DNA of 64,000 nucleotides. Origin: Squalus acanthias (lineage: Eukaryota). Both the position numbers and the translations under genes were made by a program. Positions within the stretch are counted from its first letter, which is position 1. Each line of letters begins with the position of its first letter. The notes beneath the pieces were generated by a model. That model was not told the origin of the DNA. It saw only the letters and a list, made by a program, of their open reading frames with translations, and made no database searches. The DNA is taken from the NCBI GenBank assembly GCA_030390025.1, contig CM059432.1, forward strand, positions 69,442,001-69,506,000. The letters run 5' to 3'. Below, in pieces: positions 13,215 through 25,630 of the stretch.

Positions 13215-14375
13215 GTAAGCAATTATTGAAAGTGATTTTATTATTTGCAAAAGGAATATTAAGTTACTATTTCTGTACAATTAAAACTAATCTGCAATGT
13301 CAATAATTTTGAATTTTAAAATGTTTGTCCTAGAGAGAATGCAAGCAGTCTGGGTACATTGGTCTCGCTTTAGCTGGCCCCAGGCACTAGGAATGTGATA
13401 ATTTCCTCTTCTATTTGATAACAATTTCCTGGTCTCGTACCTTACATAAATGTTAAGTGCATAAAATAATGGAGGTGTACAGGGTCAGCAGAATTTGGAA
13501 GTGTACGGCATGCCACAGGCATTTGCTTAGGTCATTAGGCTTGTAGTAAGCGGTTTGTTTCAATAACGGTTTTTGTAAGAAGTGATTAATTCAAGAAGAA
13601 TGAACAAAATTTATTTCTGTTGCGATAATTATAAATTACAATGTAAATGTGTTCCTCATTTACAATCATTCAATACTAACTGCAAGTAATTATGCATCTT
13701 CCTGTATTAATGCCTCTATTTTAATTAATTCATTAATGTCCTTAGTTGTTTAAACTCAGGCACATGTTTGGGTAAAAATACTAACTGATTCACTTGACCT
13801 CAGCTTTACGGTGTTTGAATGGTTACAACTTGGGCAAATACTTATGGTCAATTCAGTACTAAAGACATGCCATTGAAACAAAATAAACTAGCACTAAACC
13901 ACAATGAGACTTGAGAACAGCAAAGAAGCATCTTGGAGTGAGGGCGGGGGAGGAATATGGAATGAATACGGAAAAGAGGTAAAAGGGGGAAGCAGAACTG
14001 GAGCTTCTTGCTTTGCCCTATGTACATTCGCTCAAAAATACATTTTCCTCTCACATAGATGGGATTTTCTATGATATAGGCCTAGAAATTGGTTTGCCCC
14101 CGAAGACAGACGTGGAGATAGTGATGCGCGATCAACCCGCGCCTGTTCAGAGGAATGCAGGCAGCACGCAAACTTTGTGCTGCCTGCTCATTTCCATGAT
14201 TGTAGTGTTCAAACCAGCGCTGAACAAGCTGCTGAGTAGCTGAACGCTCAGCAGGGGGCCCAAGTTTGTGCAAGGCTAGCACCACTTAAAGCTAGCCTGC
14301 ACTACTTAAAGGAAGTCTGCATCTCGCCTGTAGCAGCTCATTGAACTAGCTGGGGAAGACGGTGAAAAACAACTA

Positions 14376-15885
14376 ATGATGGCACAACAGGGGAGACAGC
14401 GTGTACCAAGATTCTTGGATACAGCACTGGAGGTCTTGGTGCAGGAGGTGGATAGGAGGAGAGAGGTCCTCTTTCCACAGCGGGTCAGGAGACCCGCCAA
14501 CCAACAGTGTAAAGTGCAGTGGGAGCATATAGCCGCCTTGGTGAATGTCAGCAGTGTAGCCCCGAGGACGTGGACGCAGTACAGGAAGAAGTTTAATGAC
14601 CTCACACGAGTGATCAAGGTCAGTGAATTCATCTTCAAATGCCATATCCCACCATCTGCACCACTAGCCTCACACACTGCTCAATGCACAGCATCCCCAT
14701 CACTCGCATACCAACAATCTCTACCAAACACGACTCATACCTCACATTCAAAGCTTCACCTCATCCTCGCACACTTACCACTGCTGCAAGCCCCACACCT
14801 TGCACACACTGCCAGCTATTCAATCATGACAGGCACATCACCCAAACACATTGCGCGACACTCACTGACACACTTCCCTTTCTCTTGCAGAACAAGGTGG
14901 TTTATTTATAAGGTGTCTTAGCACCTAACCGGCGGGGGACAGGCATGCCTGCATAACCTCACCCCCATAGAGGAAACGGTGCTGACCATTCTTGGGAGGG
15001 GCATGACTGAGCCCATGGCCAGCGGTGGGGCTGAAAGAATACAAGTTGCTGGTATCCTCCATATGTAATCCTCATTCTCACATCCCACTTACCCCTCATC
15101 CCACAAACTCTTCTGATTTACAAGCTGCACATGGTGTAAGCATGCACCTCTTGCTTTCTCCCCCTTCCCCTCGCCACAACCCTACCCTTGTGACATTCTC
15201 ATTTCGGAGACCCAAGAAATCCAGCCTGCCCAGCCAGTGGTGCAAGAACAAGAGGGAGAGGAGAGTGATGATGAAGAAAAAACACCATCACTTGATCTGA
15301 CACTCGCAGCCACCAGCTCAGATACTGGCACTGCGCAAAGTTTAGAGGATAGCTTAGAGGTGGGATCTGCACATGGTGAGTCACCGGGCACAAGTGGGCT
15401 GCAACCAGGGCAGGGGGAAAGGGTAGCACAGGTGCCAGCTCCGCGGAAGGCGAGGTCGCACACGTGTAATGCTGCAGAGGAATCCGATGAGGACTTCGAT
15501 GGGGTGGCCTACAGAAGAACGCTGATAGGTAAGCACAATGAAATGCTTGGTGCATTAGCAGGCCTGCCAGAAAGCCTGAGTGCAATGTCAAGGAGCATGG
15601 AGGAGTTCGGCACCAACCTTGCACAGGGCTTTGCGCAGAGCTTGGAGCCCATGATTTCCAGTATGGAAGGGGTGGGCAGATCCATTAACACACTTCTGAC
15701 ATTCACCAGGGCGGCTATATGCTCCCACTGTACTTTACACTGTTGGCTGGCGGGCCTCCTGGCCCGCTGTGGAAAGAGGACCTCTCTCCTCCTATCCACC
15801 TCCTGCACCAAGACCTCCAGTGCTGTATCCAACCATGATGGAGTGTCTGATGGCCGATGTCTCAGCTTCCATTGGAGCACAAGCT
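14376..15885 (+). pseudogene. Disrupted Harbinger Myb/SANT-like DNA-binding protein gene (NAIF1/MSANTD-like). Exons ~14376-14618, 14891-~15051, ~15208 onward
   Basis: PRFLDTALEVLVQEV...WEHIAALVN...RTWTQYRKKFNDL, donor AAG|gtcagt at 14619, acceptor ttgcag|14891. Exon 2 encodes TGGGQACLHNLTPIEETVLTILG after a frameshift/stop. Confidence 0.75.
15690..15832 (-). repeat. 143-bp inverted copy of 14415-14557
   Basis: The reverse complement aligns without gaps, with 6 mismatches by manual count. ORF 15509-15880(-) repeats LDTALEVLVQEVDRRREVLFPQ. Confidence 0.95.
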
Positions 15886-18800
15886 CGGGAATTTAAATTC
15901 AGTTAATTAAATAAATCTGGAATAAAAAAGCTAGTATCAGTAATGGTAACCATGAAACTATCGGATTGTCGTAAAAACCCATCTGGTTCACTAATGTCCT
16001 TTAGGGAAGGAAATCTGCCGTCCTTACCTGGTCTGGCCCATATGTGACTCCAGACTCTTAACTACCCTCTGAAATGGCCTAGCAAGCCACTCAGTTGTAA
16101 TAAACCGCTATGAAACACAATAATAAGAATGAAACCGGACGGACCACCCGGTATCGACTTTGGCACCGGCTACGGACATGGCAACGGCACACCCAGCCCA
16201 GTCGACCCTGCAAAGTCCTTCTCACCAACATCTGGGGACTTGTGCCAAAATTGGGAGAGCTGTCCCACAGACTAGTCAAGCAACAGCCTGACATAGTCAT
16301 ACTCACAGAATCATACCTTTCAGCCAATGTCCCAAACTCCATCACCATCCCTGGGAATGTCCTGTCCCACCGGCAAGACAGACCCACCAGGGATGGTGGC
16401 ACAGTGGTATACAGTCGGGAAGGAGTGGCCCTGGGAGTCCTCAACATTGACTCCGGACCCCATGAAGTCTCATGGCTTCAGGTCAAGCATGGGCAAGGAA
16501 ACCTCCTGCTGATTACCACCTACCGCCCTCCCTCATCTGATGAATCAGTACTCCTCCATGTTGAACACCACTTGGAAGAAGCATTGAGAGTAGCAAGGAC
16601 ACAGAATGTACTCTGGGTGGGGGACTTCAATGTCCATCACCAAGAGTGGCTCGGTAGCACCACTACTGACCAAGCTGGCCGAGTCCTGAAGGACATAGCT
16701 GCCAGTCTGGGCCTGCGACAGGTGGTGAGAGAACCAACACGAGGGAAAAACATACTTGACCTCATCCTCACCAATCTACCTGCCACAGATGCATCTGTCG
16801 ATGACAGCATTGGTAACAGTGACCACCGCACAGTCATTGTGAAGACGAAGTCCTGTCTTCACACTGAGGACACCCTCCATCGTGTTGTGTGGCACTACCA
16901 CCGTGCCTAATGGGATAGAATCAGAACAGATCTAGCAGCTCAAAACTGGGCATCCATGAGGCGCCGTGGGCCATCAGCAGCAGCAGAATTGTATTCCACC
17001 ACAATCTGTAACCACATGGCCTGGCATATCCCTCACTCTACCAGTACCATCAAGCCAGGGGACCAGTCCTGGTTCAATATGGAGTGTAGAAGTGCATGTC
17101 AGGAGCAGCACCAGGCTTCCCTAAAAATTAGGTGCCAACCTGGGGAAGCTGCAACACAGGACTACATGCATGCCAAAAAGTGGAAGCAGCATGCTATAGA
17201 CAGAGCTAAGCGATCTCGCAACCAAAGGATCAGATCAAAGCTCTGCAGTCCTGCCACATCCAGTTGTGAATGGTGGTGGACCATTAAACAACTAATGGGA
17301 GGAGGAAGCTCCATGAATATCTCCATCCTCAATGATGGTGGAGCCCAGCACATGAGTGCAAAAGACAAGGCTGAAGCATATGCAACTTTCTTAGAGTCAT
17401 AATGGCACAGAAGGAGGCCATTTGGCCCATCGAGTCCGTGCCGGCTCTCTAGAGCAATCCAGTCAGTCCCATTCCCCCACTCTATCCCCGTAGCCCTGCA
17501 AGTTTATTTCCCTCAAGTGCCTATCCAGTCTTCCCTTGAAAACATTGAGTGTTTCCGCTTCCACCACTTCCGTCGGCAGCAAATTCTAGGTCCTCGCCAC
17601 TCGTAAAAAAAGTTTTTCCTCACGTCCCCCCTGTATCTCTTGCCCAAAACCTTAAATCTGTGTCCCCTAGTCCTTGTACCTTCAACTAGTGGGAACAGCC
17701 TTTCTCTGTCTAGCCTATCCAAACCCGTCCTAATCTTGTACACCTCTATCAAATCACCCCGCAACCTCCTTTGCTCTAATGAAAACAAATCTAGCTTCTC
17801 CAACCTGTTCTTGTAGCTAAGATCCCCCATCCTCGGAACCATTCTGGTAAATCTCCTCTGCACCCTCTCAAGGGCCTTCACATCCTTCCTAAAGTGTGGT
17901 GACCAGAACTTGAAGCAATACTCCAGTTGTGGCCTAACCAGCGCTTTATAAAGGTTCAGCATAACTTCTCTACTTTTGTACTCAATACCTCTATTTATGA
18001 AGCCCAAGATCCCATATGCTTTGCTAACCACTCTTTCAATATGTCCCGCCACCTTCAGGGACCAATGCACATTAACTCCCAGGTCCCTCTGTGCCTGCAC
18101 ACTCTTTAAAACTGTGCCATTAAGTGTATATTGCCTCACCCTGTTCCTTCTGCCAAAATGCATCACCTCACACTTCTCTGTATTAAATTCCATCTGCCAC
18201 TTGTCTGCCCTTTCTGCTAGCCTTTCTATGTCCTGTTGCAGTCGATTGGTATCATCATCACTGTTTGCCACACCCCCAAATTTGGTGTCATCGGCAAATT
18301 TATAAATTCTACTCTGTATTCCAATATTCAGGTCATTTATATCAAAAACAGCAGTGGCCCCAGCACTGACCCTTGTGGAATACCACTGTCTATTATCCTC
18401 CAGTCTGAAAAACAGCCACTTACCACAACTCACTGTTTTCTGTCCTTAAGCCAATTCCTTATCCAAGCTGCCACTGACCCACCTATTCCATGAGCCTCAA
18501 TTTTGTTAACCAGCCTTCTATATGGTACTTTGTCAAACACCTTCCAAAAATCCATGTAGACAACATCCATTGCATTCCCTTCATCAATCCTCTCTGTTAC
18601 TTCATCAAAAAATTCAATTAGATTAGTCAAACACGATCTGCCTTTTACAAATCCATGTTGGCTCTCCTTAATTAGCTTAAACCTCTCCAAGTGCCCGTTA
18701 ATTTTTTCCTTGACTATTGTTTCTGAAACTTTACCCACCGCTGATGTTAAACTGACCGGCCTGTAGTTACTAGGATTGTCCTTGCACCCTTTCTTGAACA

Positions 18801-21800
18801 ATGGTGTCACATTTGCCACTTTCCAAACCTCGGGCACCTCCCCTGCGTCTAGGGAAGATTGGAAAATTGTGGCAAGTCCTTCCGCTATCTCCGCCCCCAA
18901 TTCCCTAAGCCATCTGGACCAGGCGACTTATCCACTCTAAGCATACCCAGCCTTTCTAGTACATCCTGTCTATCAATTTTCACCCCTTCCATTGTTTCGA
19001 CCTTTTCCACTTCTACTGATATTTTGTCAGCATCCACCTCCTTAGTAAACACCGATACAAAGTACTCATTGAGTATTCTAGCCTTGCCCTGCACCTCTAA
19101 ACATATATCACCTTCTTTGTCCCTAATAGGCCCCACCCCTTCTCTTACTACCCGCTTACTGTTTACATGCCGGTAGAAGATTTTTGGGTTCCCTTTTATG
19201 TTAACTGCCATTCTACTCTCATATTCTCTCTTTGCCAATCTTATTTTCACCTTCACTTCCCCTCTCAACTTATTGTATTTGGTCTGGTTCTCCCTTGAAG
19301 CATTAACCTGACATTCATCATACAACCTCTTTTTGTTTCATCATCTTCTCTATCTCCCTCGTCATGCAAGGAGCCCTTGCTTTGGTTTCCTTACCCTTCC
19401 TTCTTGTTGGAATATACCAAGCTTGTACTTGGAACATCTCCTCCTTAAAGATCTCCCATTGTTCCGTTACAGTTTTTCCTGTCAGTCTTTGGTTCCATTT
19501 TACTCTGGCTAGATCGTTTCGCATCCCATTGAAGTTAACCCTATTCCAGTTTAGAAGTTCCACTCTAGATTGTTCCTTGCTCCTCTCCATTGCTAATCTA
19601 AATCTTATGATACGATGATCACTTGTACCCAAGTGTTCTTCCACAGACACTTGGTCGACCTGGCCCACCTCATTCCCCAGCACCAGATCCAGCAATGCCT
19701 CCTTCCTAGTTGGGCCAAGAACATACTGGTCAAGGAAATTCTCCTGAACCCATTTCAGAAATTCCTCCCACTCCTTTCCCTTTACCCTAGCATAATCCCA
19801 ATCAATATTTGGGTAATTAAAGTCCCCCAATATCACCACTCTATAGCTCATGCATATCTCTGCGATTTCCCTGCAGATTTGCTCTTTTACCTCCCTCTCA
19901 CTATTTGGAGGCCTGTAGAATACTCCCAATAGCGTGATCATACCCTTTTTGCTCCTCAGCTCTAACCAAATGGATTCTGTCCTTGTCCCCTCAAGAACAT
20001 CCTCCCTTTCCAACACTACAATGTCTTCCTTAATCAGCATTGCCACCCCACCTCCCTTTTTTCCTTCCCTATCTTTTCTGAACACCTTGTATCCTTGAAT
20101 ATTAAATGCCCAGTCCTCACTGTTTTTAAGCCACATTTCCGTTATTGCCACAACATCATATTGCCACACGGCTAATTGTGCTGGTAGCTCACCAACCTTA
20201 TTCACCACACTTTGTGCGTTTACGTAAATGCATTTTAAACCCATTTTTGAATTTTTCTTAGTCTGCTCCAATCTAATATGGTACTACTTCCGCCTTCTTC
20301 AGCCAGAAGTGCCGAGTGGATGATCCATATCGGCTTACTCCTGAGGTCCCCACCATCACAGAAGCTAGTCTTCAGCCAATTCGCTTCACTCCACGTCATA
20401 TCAAGAAACGGCTGAGCGCACTGGATACCGCAAAGGCTATGGGCCCCGACAACATCCCGGCTATCGTGCTGAGGACTTGTGCTCCACAACTAGCCATGCC
20501 TCTAGCCAAGCTGTTCCAGTACAGCTACAACACTGGCATCTATCCGACAATGTGGAAAACTGCCCAGGTATGTCCTGTCCGTGAAAAAGCAGAACAAATC
20601 CAATCCAGCCAATTACCGCCCCATCAGTCTACTCTCAATCATCAGCAAAGTGATGGAAGGTGTCATCAACAGTGCTATCAAGCGGCACTTACTCACCAAT
20701 AACCTGCTCACTGATGCCCAGTTTGGGTTCCGCCAAGACCACTCGGCTCCCGACCTCATTACAGCCTTGGTCCAAACATGGACAAAGGAGCTGAATTCTA
20801 GAGGTGAGGTGAGAGTGACTGCCCTTGACATCAAGGCAGCATTTGAACGAGTGTGGCATCAAGAAGCCCTAGTAAAACTGAAGTCAATGGGAATCGGGGG
20901 GGGGGGTGGGTAACGCTCCACTGGCTGGAGTCATACCTAGCACAAAGGAAGATGGTTGTGGTGGTTGAAGGTCAATCATCACAGCCCCAGGACATCGCTG
21001 CAGGAGTTCCTCAAGGCAGTGTCCTAGGCCCAACCATCTTCAGCTGCTTCATCAATGACCTACCCTCCAACATAAGGTTACAAATGGGGATGTTCGCTGA
21101 TGACTGCACAGTGTTCAGCGCCATTCACAACTCCTCAGAAAATGAAGCAGTCCATGCCCGCATGCAACAAGACCTGTACGATGTTCAGGCTTAGGCTGAT
21201 AAGTGGCAGGTAACATTCGCGCCACAGAAGTGCCAGGCAATGACTATCTCCAACAAGCGAGAGTCTAACCACCGCCCCTTGACATTCAACGGCATTACCA
21301 TCGCTGAATCCCCCACCATCAACATCCTGGAGGTCACCATTGACTAGGAACTTAACTGGACCAGCCACATAAATACTGTGGCAACAAGAGCAGGTCAGAG
21401 TCTAGGTATTCTGCGGCAAGTGTCTCACCTCCTGACTCCCCAAAACCTTTCCATCATCTACAAGGCACAAGTAAGGAGTGTGATGGAATACTCTCTGCTT
21501 GCCTGGATGAGTGCAGCTCCAACAACACTCAAGAAGCTCGACACCATCCAGGACAAAGCAGCCCGCTTGATTGGCACCCCATCCACCACCTTAAACATTC
21601 ACTCCCTCCACCAGCAGCGTACTGTGGCTGCAGTGTGTACCATCTATAAGATGCACTGCAGCAACTCACCAAGGCTTCTTCGGCAGCACCTCCCAAACCT
21701 GCGACCTCTTCCACCTAGAAGGACAAGGGCAGCAGATGCATGGGAACACCACCACCTCCAAGGTCCCCTCCAAGTCACATACCACCCGACTTAGAAGTAT

Positions 21801-21988
21801 ATCGCCGATCCTTCATTGTCGCTGGGTCGAAATCCTGGAAATCCCTACCTAACAGTACTGTAGGAGTACCTTCACCACACGGACTGCAGCGGTTCAAGGC
21901 GGCGGCTCACCACCAGCTTCTCAAGGGTAATTAGGAATGGGCAATAAATGCCGGTCTTGCCAGTGACACCCACATCCCATAAAATGAA
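15886..21988 (+). mobile_element. LINE family B (APE endonuclease + RT, CR1/L2/jockey-group but distinct from the vertebrate CR1 here), near full length, split by a CR1
   Basis: ORFs 16110-16910 (LTNIWGL, ILTESYL, GDFNVHH, LDLIL, SDHR), 16956-17402, 20316-20702, 20581-20913 (NYRPISLL, ALDIKAAF), 20853-21194 ([14 protein letters not shown]) and 21378-21794. A-rich 3' end. Possible aagc target duplication. Confidence 0.9.
17393..20292 (-). mobile_element. CR1 LINE (ORF2 endonuclease to RT) inserted into the family-B LINE
   Basis: ORFs 19318-20271 (endonuclease), 18885-19325, 18430-18900 and 17513-18433 (RT). Flanked by ctttctt (17386-17392) and ccttctt (20293-20299). An uninterrupted version of the site is visible at ~54930-54960. 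Confidence 0.95.
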
Positions 21989-22034
21989 TTTAAAAGAAAA
22001 GCAGATGACGTCTGTGTGCTCTAGTGGACGCTTA

Positions 22035-22422
22035 GGCGGAAAAATTTGGTTCACCGGGGCGCTACTTTTAGCGCCCCGAAAAGGTTATCACCCCTGTGCC
22101 ATAAATTCAGTGGTAGCGCCCCAAGCAGGAGGCAGGGCGCTACTGGAAGCACTCCCCCTCCTTCCTGGGGCGCTACAAGTGAATATCATGGGGCTATGTG
22201 CAACAGCGCCACGCGTGTCAGCACATAGCGCACCTCGGAGTGCCGGGCTGAGCGATTGCGGTTGGCACCCTGAATAAAAAAGGGGAAGGGGGCTGGTGCT
22301 GGCACCGCCGGGGCTGCAAAAACTCCACCCTGACCCTGTCGGACATATCGTCCGGCGATAGGTCAGGGGGCGCAACTGAAGTTTGCGCTAAGGGAGGTGC
22401 AAAGCAACCCAATTTTTCCCTC
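22035..22422. mobile_element. GC-rich Harbinger-type MITE
   Basis: Ends ggcggaaaaatttggtt / aacccaatttttccctc, flanked by tta/cta (3-bp TWA-like duplication). Internal repeats of ggggcgctac/gtagcgcccc. Confidence 0.7.
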
Positions 22423-23689
22423 CTAGACTTCTGTCATGCAAACTCAGACTGCTCTCATGCAGGCTCAGCTTGCTGACATGCAAGCTCAGACTGCTGCCAC
22501 TGTGGCTGCATTTACCAGTGGGGAAAGGGGCTTGCAGGATGACACAGCAGTCCAGCAATCTGTCCTCCAACAGAATGCTAGGAATGCTGAGGTGCTGCCC
22601 CGGGGGAGTACCAGTGGCTCCGTGGATCACAGCATTCGTCGTCCCACCACTGTGAAGAGGGCAGAAATTGGATTGGAGGGAAATGAACAGGGAGCCTTGA
22701 GAGCGATGAGTATGGAGCTGGGAGGTGATGACACAATCGAAGACTGAAGTTACATCGACCAATCAGCTGGGTTTAAAACAACACTCGGCCTATTTGTTTT
22801 TTTTTGAATAACATATATAGAATCAATCTGGACAGCATCCTAATATGCATAGTTATATCACTATGGTGCCATAATATCTGTTATTATAAGATCAGAAACT
22901 GAGATTTCTTGTTGGTCTTAGTCTCAGCAAATATAATCACATCATAAAGCTGTCGCATGGAATCACAAAACAGCTTAAATGTTGTCCTTCAGTCTCCAGA
23001 TTTATTTTGAAAGTAAATTTTAACTCGTTTGTGATGACATTGTTTCTTTGTTGCTTTGGCGTGTTGCGTTGGTGCTAGGAAATTTTTGTGCTGCACTGAT
23101 CCAAGATGAATATAACTAGTCTAACTTTTCTGAGCTTTGCATTTGGAAGTTTGGTAGTGATGTGAGAACAGATGAGGAGCGTAATTTGCCAGTATTTTGG
23201 CATTGCACTGGTTAAAACGCACCTGATTGGTGCTAAGATATATTTTGAAATTTCAATGTTAAGAAGATTCAATGGACCAGTTGCACTTAAAAAAAAAGCT
23301 GGTGGGATAGTCAATTATTTTCTAAAATTAGAGACTTCAACATTTCCCTGTCACTTGGGAGTTGGAGGGCAGAACTCTTTCCCTGATTGGAGATATATAT
23401 GAGCACCATTATAACTTAGTGGCATATATTTTGCGTCACAAGGACTGTCCGAATTCAGCTTAACCACCTCAGAATTCACAGACCTGCTGACCCTTTGTGT
23501 AAAAAAAAAAGTAACTTCTGTGTGTCACTGTAAAATAAATAACATTAGCCCTAGTTACTGCAACAAATTTACAATCTATCACTGTTTATTCTTTAAAACA
23601 TATACAATTAACTCACCCTTTCCAATTGTATGACCCTGATAATAGTCAGGGTCTACTCTACTTCTAAGACTTCACTCTTCATTTAAATA

Positions 23690-24440
23690 AAACACAAAAA
23701 AAATGCATCTTCTAGAAATCTGAAACAGAAACAGAAAATGCTAGACACACTCAGCAAGTTAGTCAGTATTTGTTGGCAGAACAGACAACAACAATAACTT
23801 GCATTTATATAGCACCTTTAACGTAGTAAAACCTCCCAAGGCGCTTCACAGGAGCGTTATCAAACAAAATTTGACACCGAGCCACATAAGGAGATATTAG
23901 GACACTTGGCCAAAGAGGTAGGTTTTAAGGAGTGTCTTAAAGGAGGAAAGAGAGCTAGAGAGGCGGAGAGGTTTAGGGAGGGAATTCCAGAGCTTAGGGC
24001 TTTGGCAGCTGAAGGCACGGCCACCAATGGCAGAGCGATTAAAATCTGTGCACAGGAGGCCAGAACTGGAGTAGCACAGAGATCATGGAGGGTTGTATGG
24101 CTCATGGAGATTACAGAGATAGGGAGGGGCCAGGTCATGAAGGGATTTGAAAACAAGGATGAGAATTTTTAAATCGGGATCCAATGTGGGTCAGCAAACA
24201 CAGTGGGTGCTGGGGGAATGGGATCTGGTGCGAGTTAGGATACCGGCAGCAGAGTTTTCGATGAGCTGAAGTTTACTGAGGGTGCAAGGTGGGAAGGCTG
24301 GCCAGGAGAGACAAATTAACCTCTTGGGTATAATAATCCTTTATCATAAGCGTTGAGGGACCTGCAACGTTAACGTCTGTTTCCTTCACAAATGATGACA
24401 GACCCGCTGAGTGTTTCTAGCATTTTCCGTTTTTATTTCC
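23690..24440. mobile_element. Palindromic Penelope-type terminal repeat, split by an L2 insertion
   Basis: Left arm aaaatgctagacacactcagc...tttg (~23735-23775) is inverted to right arm caaatg...gctgagtgtttctagcatttt (~24389-24427). Same family as 61030-61170. Confidence 0.6.
23787..24308 (-). mobile_element. L2 LINE 3' fragment
   Basis: aacaacaataacttgcatttatatagcacc...aaggcgcttcacagg tail. Flanked by agaca on both sides. Confidence 0.75.
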
Positions 24441-24549
24441 TACCAGATTGGTTGCGAGGGCTTCCTTAATAGGTTCAACTTTTTTTGGGGGGGCTGTTAC
24501 CTTTGCTGCATTGCAAGAAAGTTGAAAGCCAAGAAAGTTGTTGAGGAGA

Positions 24550-24700
24550 AATAACCCCCGCCCCTCCCCTCCCCTCGTCCGCACATTGTGAAGTCACCGG
24601 GCCGCGTGCCGGAGTGACAATGGGAGCCTGCAGAGCGTGACCCGGGGGCAATGTGCCCGCGCTTTCACCTGGCTCCAGGGCCCGACCTTCAGTTCTCTTT
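24550..24700. promoter_or_regulatory. Small CpG-rich candidate enhancer/promoter element
   Basis: GC box ccccgccc (~24556), inverted SOX motifs CATTGT (24584) and ACAATG (24617), and many CpGs in an AT-rich unique context. Confidence 0.3.
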
Positions 24701-25299
24701 CATGGCAGCTGGGCATTCTCCGAAAACAAAAGCAGCACTGCCGCTTAGTTACTATGGTGAGTCTATCGAGCATGTTCAGCCACCTTAGCTCCATTTCCAG
24801 AGAAACCGGCGAAGCTTCAATATACACGCTGAAAAAAAATCATACAGGCACACAACGAATGGTTTATATGGTTCATGCAGTACAAATTGTATATTAGTGT
24901 TGAACAGAAGATAGACTTATGTGTTTATTTTATAATGTATTTAACTTCTAATAACTTATAGGTGGTACAATTCACGCATTTAAAAAGTAATGCATTCATT
25001 TGCGAACACACAATACAATGATGTGAATTGTGTAAAAATGCATAATTGCTTCATTCGGGTGTGAGATTACCGAGATGTAAGTGTTGTACTGCTCTTCTGG
25101 CTCTTCTCTTTCCAAACAAAAGAGGTTTGTCAAAACACCCTTTCATGAAAAGAATGCCCCTTTAAAGAATTATTTCTATACATATACCTTCATTCGTACA
25201 TTAAATTAAAACATATGTACATGTACTACAGACCATGTGCCAAAGTATACTAATGATGTACACATCTGCTGCAATAAATACCTACATCAAAAGTGGGTG

Positions 25300-25630
25300 A
25301 AAAATATGACAGTGATTAACATTCTTGATGTCCAGTAGATATTTTATAACAAAGTAAGAAAGCCATATGGTGTGTAGTGCCTTTTTCTGAAGGCTATTCT
25401 AAAGTAATACTCTGTAATCCTGATTAGTAAAAATGCAACAAAGCAGATTACAGTCTTCAGTGTAATTCAACATCTGCTGTTCAGACCGACTGTAGCTTTT
25501 TTTTTACTGCAAAAATAATGTGCACCGGCCACATTAAATTTTGCATCAAGAGTAAATGATGGCTGGGATTATGTTACAGTCAGTCAGAAATACAACCAAG
25601 GGTTTTGAATAAAATCATAACCGGTAAGCA
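25300..25630 (+). promoter_or_regulatory. Candidate photoreceptor promoter / non-coding first exon of RP1
   Basis: Cluster of CRX/OTX-type sites: TAATCC 25415, TGATTA 25421, AGATTA 25445, GGATTA 25566. These are followed by a good splice donor CG|GTAAGC at 25624. Unique sequence upstream of the RP1 ATG exon. Confidence 0.4.

Larger units (their letters stand above)
14079..22690 (+). mobile_element. Harbinger-type element carrying a spliced Myb/SANT gene, split by nested insertions (host segments ~14079-15885, ~21989-22034, ~22423-22690)
   Basis: TIR-like start ggcctagaaattgg. Myb/SANT ORF at 14376. Coding-like sequence resumes after the LINE (aagc on both sides) and after the MITE (ORF 22436 MQTQTALMQAQL...). 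Right end not identified. Confidence 0.7.
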
